Positions 58,764 through 64,000 of a stretch of 64,000 nt of DNA are shown here, piece by piece. Source of the stretch: Muribaculaceae bacterium. Its GTDB lineage: Bacteria > Bacteroidota > Bacteroidia > Bacteroidales > Muribaculaceae. A model generated the notes under the pieces. It saw only the letters and a program-made list of their open reading frames with translations, was not told where the DNA came from and did not search any database. Position numbers and translations under genes: made by a program. The stretch's first letter is position 1. Each line of letters opens with the position of its first letter. The stretch is taken from NCBI GenBank assembly GCA_022509205.1, contig JAFLTR010000003.1, positions 13,151-77,150 of the forward strand, written 5' to 3'.

Positions 58764-59783
58764 ATGGAAACAGACAATAAGATGTTCACAGCTTCACACT
58801 ATAAGAATGAACAGGCCGCCCGTTGGTGTCCGGGCTGCGGCGACCATGCCATACTCAACACTCTTCATAAGGCGATGGCCGAAGTGGGGATTGCTCCGAA
58901 AGACACGGCCGTTATCTCGGGTATCGGGTGCTCCTCGCGTCTCCCTTATTACATGAACACCTACGGGATGCACACAATCCATGGGCGTGCGGCAGCCATT
59001 GCAACCGGTCTCAAGACTGCCAGACCCGACCTGACTGTCTGGCAGGTATCCGGCGACGGTGACGGACTTGCCATAGGAGGAAACCATTTCATCCATGCTC
59101 TCCGTAGAAACATCGATATCAACATACTCCTCTTCAACAACAAGATCTACGGCTTGACCAAGGGACAGTATTCTCCCACATCCGAGCGTGGGTTCGTGTC
59201 GAAATCCTCCCCCTACGGCACCACCGAAGATCCTTTCATACCGGCGGAACTCGTGTTCGGCTGTCGCGGAAAGTTCTTCGCCCGCAGTCTGGATGTTGCC
59301 CTCGACACGAGCCGTGAAATAATGGTGGCGGCAGCACGTCATAAAGGCACAGCAGTGGTGGAGATCCTGCAGAATTGCGTGATTTTCAATCAGGGAATCC
59401 ATTCCCTTTTCACCGACAAGGAGACTAAAGAGGATCATATAATCCATCTTGTGGATGGCGAGAAAATGATCTTCGGGAAAGAAAAAAACCTCGGATTGGT
59501 TCAAGACGGGTTCTCAATCAAGTCTGTAAAAATCGGAGAAGAGGGTTATACGATAGATGACGTGCTGGTGCACGACTCCCATAATACCGACGACACACTG
59601 CAGCGTCAACTCGCGCTCATGGACGGCATAACGTTGCCTCTCGCCATAGGAGTTATACGGGATGTTGAAGGTCCCACCTACGAAGTAGATGTGGAGCGCC
59701 AGGTTAAAGAGGTACGCGAAAAGAAAGGTTTCTCATCCCTGCGCGATATGATCCTGAAGACTCAGGAAACCTGGAAAGTCTAA
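58764..59783 (+). CDS. korB: 2-oxoacid:ferredoxin oxidoreductase beta subunit
   Basis: WCPGCG, SGIGCSSR, GDGD (TPP binding), YGLTKGQYSPT. Confidence 0.9.
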   Translation: METDNKMFTASHYKNEQAARWCPGCGDHAILNTLHKAMAEVGIAPKDTAVISGIGCSSRLPYYMNTYGMHTIHGRAAAIATGLKTARPDLTVWQVSGDGDGLAIGGNHFIHALRRNIDINILLFNNKIYGLTKGQYSPTSERGFVSKSSPYGTTEDPFIPAELVFGCRGKFFARSLDVALDTSREIMVAAARHKGTAVVEILQNCVIFNQGIHSLFTDKETKEDHIIHLVDGEKMIFGKEKNLGLVQDGFSIKSVKIGEEGYTIDDVLVHDSHNTDDTLQRQLALMDGITLPLAIGVIRDVEGPTYEVDVERQVKEVREKKGFSSLRDMILKTQETWKV

Positions 59784-59843
59784 AGATTTGTTCCCCAATT
59801 TCTTGTAACTCTGAGGAGGCATAGCGTTAGCTTGGATTCCACT

Positions 59844-61553
59844 CTATTTCTTGTTGGAATAGCCGCGCAAAAAATCCTCAAGAGACTCCTCCCGGCTCAA
59901 TCCGAACTTATTCCTTAACCGGTAGCGCATCGTTCTTACGGAGGCGGGTGTAATATTGAATATTTTGGCTATGATATTATTGCTCATTCCGGCAGTGATA
60001 TATGCAGCCAATTTCACCTGATGTTCCGTCAGATCGGGGAAGTCGGCTTTCAGACTTGCCGAATAACCCGGAAGGAGATGATCGTGGATGTCCGTAAAAG
60101 CTTTACGCTCGATTCTGTCGGTGGTCTGAAGAGTCATCATCGATAAAAGTTGCGAGGCTGCCTGCTGGGATATCTCCCCCCGGTTGCGTTCCTTCTCGAT
60201 TTCCTTCTTCATCATGTCGATAAACGACTCGTTTTGTTCAAACATGAGGGTTTCTCGAGCCAGTCGGGTCCGTGTGTCTTTCAATTCATTCAATATACCC
60301 TTTTCCTCCTGTCTTTTTAATTTAATCTTCCGGCTCAGATAAAGGGCAAGCGAAGCCATAATCACCAAAAGAGCCACTGCTATGGCCAGCCATAACTGGT
60401 ATCTCACGGTCTTGATCTGCGAATCGAACTCCAGTTGCATGAATTCCTGCCGCCCCTCCTCTATTCCCAGGGTAATATTGTTCAGCTCAAAATCATTGTC
60501 CGTGCGTATGTCGAGGGCCTTCTTCATAAGAATGTAAGCCGAATCCACCAGGCCACATTCCTTGAATATCTCCGAGGCATCGGATATCACAATAAATTCA
60601 GCATATTTTTCTATCGGCTTGTCGCTCTGTGCCAGGGCAAGCCTTGCCTGCCGCAAGGCCTCCGGCTTTTTGTCCTGATATAAAAGCACCTTTCCTTTTA
60701 CGGAATTCAACACAGAGGCATTCGCCTCAAACTTTCCAATTGTGTCGATTGTCGCCAATCCCAACTCCGCAATTTCGAGGGCCCGGTCGTAATTCCCTCT
60801 CGAGATGGCGCTTGTTGCTACATTCCGGAGTATTAAAGTATACGCCGCAGTGTCTTTCCTTATTTGTTCCGTGGCTATAAGTATGTCGTTGAGGGAATCT
60901 GCCTCTTCCCCCTGAAGACAAAGAGCTATATTTATCTGATTGTTTATATAGTTTCTCACCTTCCCTTCGTTTTTCCATATATCGGATGCTTCTTCAAACG
61001 ATTCCCTGGCTTTATCGGTTTCTCCGATAACTCGCAGAAGGTGACCTACAGTCAGTAGGGAATGGGCCAGAGAGAGGGAATCGTCGATGCTCCGGAAATA
61101 CTTTATATTCTCCATTCCGAACCGATATCTTTTTTCGATCTCCGGCAAGGTGCGTTCAAGCAAGGAACGGATCTTGAAAAACAGATAAGTGTTTTGAGCG
61201 GAATCAAGACGCGAGATTCCGTCGATAGCGGCCATGTTCCCATCCGCTATGTTTCCTTTGCGTAGCAGATTTCGAGCAGTCCAGTATTTATAGCTTGCAA
61301 AAAGCACCTCATTCCGGGCATCCTTGCGCGACAATTCCTCGAGACGTAACGTCATCCTGTCTATATTTTCGTCACTATCCCCGTTGTCAAAGGCTTCCTG
61401 AAGCTCTTTCATAAGGCTGTCGGCTTCAAAACTTCTTGTTGAAGGCCAAAATGGCAATTTACTATCGCCAACTCCTCTTTTTGAAACATGAGTGCATCCC
61501 AAAAAGGTTATTGTCAGCCAAATTGCAACTATCAAAGCGGTCCTGTTTTTCAT
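59844..61553 (-). CDS. Membrane-spanning TPR sensor with C-terminal LuxR-type HTH
   Basis: FLGC lipobox-like signal, TPR-like helices, TM LWLAIAVALLVIMASLALYL, HTH LTEHQ...GMSNNIIAKIFNITPASVRTMRYRLR. Confidence 0.82.
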   Translation of the reverse strand: MKNRTALIVAIWLTITFLGCTHVSKRGVGDSKLPFWPSTRSFEADSLMKELQEAFDNGDSDENIDRMTLRLEELSRKDARNEVLFASYKYWTARNLLRKGNIADGNMAAIDGISRLDSAQNTYLFFKIRSLLERTLPEIEKRYRFGMENIKYFRSIDDSLSLAHSLLTVGHLLRVIGETDKARESFEEASDIWKNEGKVRNYINNQINIALCLQGEEADSLNDILIATEQIRKDTAAYTLILRNVATSAISRGNYDRALEIAELGLATIDTIGKFEANASVLNSVKGKVLLYQDKKPEALRQARLALAQSDKPIEKYAEFIVISDASEIFKECGLVDSAYILMKKALDIRTDNDFELNNITLGIEEGRQEFMQLEFDSQIKTVRYQLWLAIAVALLVIMASLALYLSRKIKLKRQEEKGILNELKDTRTRLARETLMFEQNESFIDMMKKEIEKERNRGEISQQAASQLLSMMTLQTTDRIERKAFTDIHDHLLPGYSASLKADFPDLTEHQVKLAAYITAGMSNNIIAKIFNITPASVRTMRYRLRNKFGLSREESLEDFLRGYSNKK

Positions 61554-61612
61554 AATGTAAATTTAAAACTTTTTATTTTTTTAACATGCAGATGAAACGA
61601 GTTAAATCAACA

Positions 61613-61671
61613 TGTCTATTCAAAGTCTATTATCAAAAGTTGACAAGGGGTATGACAGCTTAGTAACTTTG
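61613..61671 (+). promoter_or_regulatory. Candidate operator array plus -7 box of the adhesin-like gene
   Basis: GTCTATT at 61614 and 61625, TGACA at 61641 and 61653, TAACTTTG at 61664-61671. Confidence 0.5.
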
Positions 61672-61709
61672 GGGGAAATTTTTAAATGTCAGAAACAAAA
61701 CGCTATAAC

Positions 61710-64000
61710 ATGAACGTGAAAAAAATATCATTGGCTATTATCACATCTCTCTTTGTTTCGGCTTATGGTATTGCAGCCACTGCGCTACCCTATCATAACC
61801 CTTGTGATAATCTAAGCTCGGTGACGGTCTTAAATGAATCCACCACCTTTGGTTCAGGATGGACAGCGACAACATATCAGGATAACACTGTTTTCAGATG
61901 CAAGCAGAGCAGCACAAATGTAGATAGAGCGATCCATGCCTCTCTTTGGACTCCTGCCCTCGATATTAAAGATGGGAAAATATATAAGGCTACTGTATTG
62001 GTCGGCAGTGGTAACACTCCGGCAGAATCTGGTGTGACCCTGGCTATGATGTCTGCCCCTCAGGCCAACGCTCAAAAAACAGAGATATTAGAGGTGTCGC
62101 CTATGCTCCAATTCTCGGAGAGATTGACTCCTCAGCCGCTTGAAACCATTTTTGTCGGTGACTCATCAAAGCCATACTTTACAATCATCAACTCCGGAGG
62201 TGGCGCTATACTGTATTTTGTAGTGGGAGATATCCTCGTGGAGGAATACACGGGTCCCGTACCCCCTGCAAAGGCTGAAAATCTGTCGGCCAATGTTACC
62301 GGCAAGGAGGTGACGGTAAGTTTCCAGCTACCTTCAAAAACACTCCCGGGAACTCCAATCGAAGGTTCGATTCCCACTGTGACTCTTCTGCGAGATGATT
62401 CTCCGGTTATGACATGGACTAATCAACAGTCCGGTGCTCAATTGTCCTTTACCGATAAACTTTCAACCGGAGGAGAATACATATACACCGTGGTTTGCTC
62501 CACCGGTGAAAATCAGGAGAGCAGGAACAATATTACTGTTAAGGTGGCAGGAAATTCAGCCCCATCTGTGTCAAAGAGCTACGAAAAAGATGAAAACGGT
62601 GATTATATCGGTGCCAACTATTTCGCCCCGGCTGTCTATATTCCCACCCAGGGGATAAAGATATCCTGGTTTAAGGCAAATGTTGAAAATCCGTCATATA
62701 CGATAGTTAGAACCGGTGACAATAAGGTTATAGCTGAGAAAACTTCAGCCACAGAGGTCATAGATACAGACATAAATCTCTCTTACCCAACTTCTTACCA
62801 ATATGTGGTGTATCTCGACAACAGTGACGGAAAGACGCCGTTGTTCACTTCTTCAGTGGTTTCTCTTAACAATACCTTACCTTTCATACCTAATGTTAGC
62901 CAGGAAGCCATAAATGATTTCACAGTTGTGGATATGGATAAGGACCTTGAGACGTGGAAGACAACTTCGGGGGTCTCAACCGGCACACATGCCATAAACA
63001 AATGTTTTATCAACTCCAGGTGTGGCGACGACTGGCTGATCACTCCGGGCATCTCTCTTGAGGCCGGGAAAACTTATTTGGTCAGCGTCGATGCATTATG
63101 CGTTTCAATGATCGAACAGAATGTGGAATTGGAAATCTTAGTGGGAAATTCCAACGATGTAAATTCTTTCACACAGGTATTGATACCCCCGACAGTGCTC
63201 AATCATCTCACTCCGAGAGCCTATCAGGCCTACTATAATGCCTCGGCTTCAGGAAACACCTTCTTTGCTTTCCGAGCCCTCGACCCCAACGGAGGTCATA
63301 AATACAACGATCTGGGCTTAAGCTCCATCGTTATTTCCGAAGTACCCGTAACAACCCCGGAAAAGGTTGCCGACCTGAGAATGGACTACGGCACTCCGGG
63401 CAACGGGAAGCTCCTTTTCACTGCTCCTTCTAAGAATGTGAGCGGCGGAGCACTCACCACAATCTCCAAGATAGATGTTTACAACAACGGCACTCTCATC
63501 AAGAGCTTTGAGAATGTAGCAGCCGGCACTCCCTGCAGCGTCGACGTTACTTTCCCCATCGCCTCTCCGGTAGACTTCCGTGTGGAATCCACCAACAACG
63601 GAGCAAAGAGCCTTGAATCCGTGCTTGACGTAATGCTCGTGACCGCACCTTACAGCAACGACTTCTCGGATGAAAAAGACTCTCAGGGATTCAAGGTTAT
63701 AGATCCGGAGTTGCTCGGTTACACCTGGGGATATCAGAGTTACCTGCAAGCAATGAGGAGCTACAAACCGACCGGCTCCACGCAGAACGATTATCTTATC
63801 ATGCCATCGATATATCTCGAGGCCGGCAACTTCTATAAGCTTGATTTCACCACATGGCTCTATACAGCTGACCCTGACGGATATTACAACAATACTATCG
63901 AGGTGGTTTTAGGTAAGGAACCCACAATGGAATCCCTCAATAAAGTAGTAGTGGCCCCATATCTTGTCAGAGGTGATTCAAAAAGCGCCGTTCTCCTAAA
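61710..64000 (+). CDS. Large exported surface protein with cleaved-adhesin (choice-of-anchor J)-like and FN3-like modules (partial, runs off right edge)
   Basis: Not in the ORF track. Manual translation MNVKKISLAIITSLFVSAYGIAA...; LWTPAL, FTVVDMDKD..TW, DDWLITPGISLEAGKTY, NDYLIMPSIYLEAG, FQLPSKT and FTAPSKN; I saw no stop before the window end. Confidence 0.82.
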   Translation, partial: MNVKKISLAIITSLFVSAYGIAATALPYHNPCDNLSSVTVLNESTTFGSGWTATTYQDNTVFRCKQSSTNVDRAIHASLWTPALDIKDGKIYKATVLVGSGNTPAESGVTLAMMSAPQANAQKTEILEVSPMLQFSERLTPQPLETIFVGDSSKPYFTIINSGGGAILYFVVGDILVEEYTGPVPPAKAENLSANVTGKEVTVSFQLPSKTLPGTPIEGSIPTVTLLRDDSPVMTWTNQQSGAQLSFTDKLSTGGEYIYTVVCSTGENQESRNNITVKVAGNSAPSVSKSYEKDENGDYIGANYFAPAVYIPTQGIKISWFKANVENPSYTIVRTGDNKVIAEKTSATEVIDTDINLSYPTSYQYVVYLDNSDGKTPLFTSSVVSLNNTLPFIPNVSQEAINDFTVVDMDKDLETWKTTSGVSTGTHAINKCFINSRCGDDWLITPGISLEAGKTYLVSVDALCVSMIEQNVELEILVGNSNDVNSFTQVLIPPTVLNHLTPRAYQAYYNASASGNTFFAFRALDPNGGHKYNDLGLSSIVISEVPVTTPEKVADLRMDYGTPGNGKLLFTAPSKNVSGGALTTISKIDVYNNGTLIKSFENVAAGTPCSVDVTFPIASPVDFRVESTNNGAKSLESVLDVMLVTAPYSNDFSDEKDSQGFKVIDPELLGYTWGYQSYLQAMRSYKPTGSTQNDYLIMPSIYLEAGNFYKLDFTTWLYTADPDGYYNNTIEVVLGKEPTMESLNKVVVAPYLVRGDSKSAVLL

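Noticed and set aside
61854-63749. Short track ORFs at the right end
   Set aside because: All overlap the long plus-strand frame starting at 61710

Overview
64 kb of Bacteroidales chromosome. Gene content, TAnnTTTG -7 promoter boxes and T9SS-type C-termini suggest a Muribaculaceae-like gut organism (inference). Most of it is housekeeping: sdhC (cut by the left edge), ferritin, a biotin-dependent carboxyltransferase, luxS, rbfA, aroQ, sufB, cdd-rnpA-yidD-tatD, dapB-lepB-wbqC, serine palmitoyltransferase, aroA, ychF, nadB, S41 protease, mfd, obgE, xerD and korAB. Three accessory patches stand out: a BspA-LRR/cohesin/Big_2/dockerin surface protein with an unannotated 52-aa upstream ORF, a four-gene pectin/apiose CAZyme cluster with no SusC/D, and a TPR-LuxR membrane regulator divergent from a large adhesin-like gene cut by the right edge. 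I found no rRNA, tRNA, CRISPR array, transposase or prophage. The best leads are a catalytically dead PurN domain fused to a CD225/dispanin membrane domain, a shared ATGAACC-N17/18-GTTA promoter-like motif before three unlinked genes including a bile salt hydrolase-family gene, the cohesin+dockerin LRR protein, a GH105 on a 36-repeat acidic proline stalk, a probable ATT start codon, and a dispersed palindromic repeat family. All family calls come from motif recognition by eye; no database searches were run.
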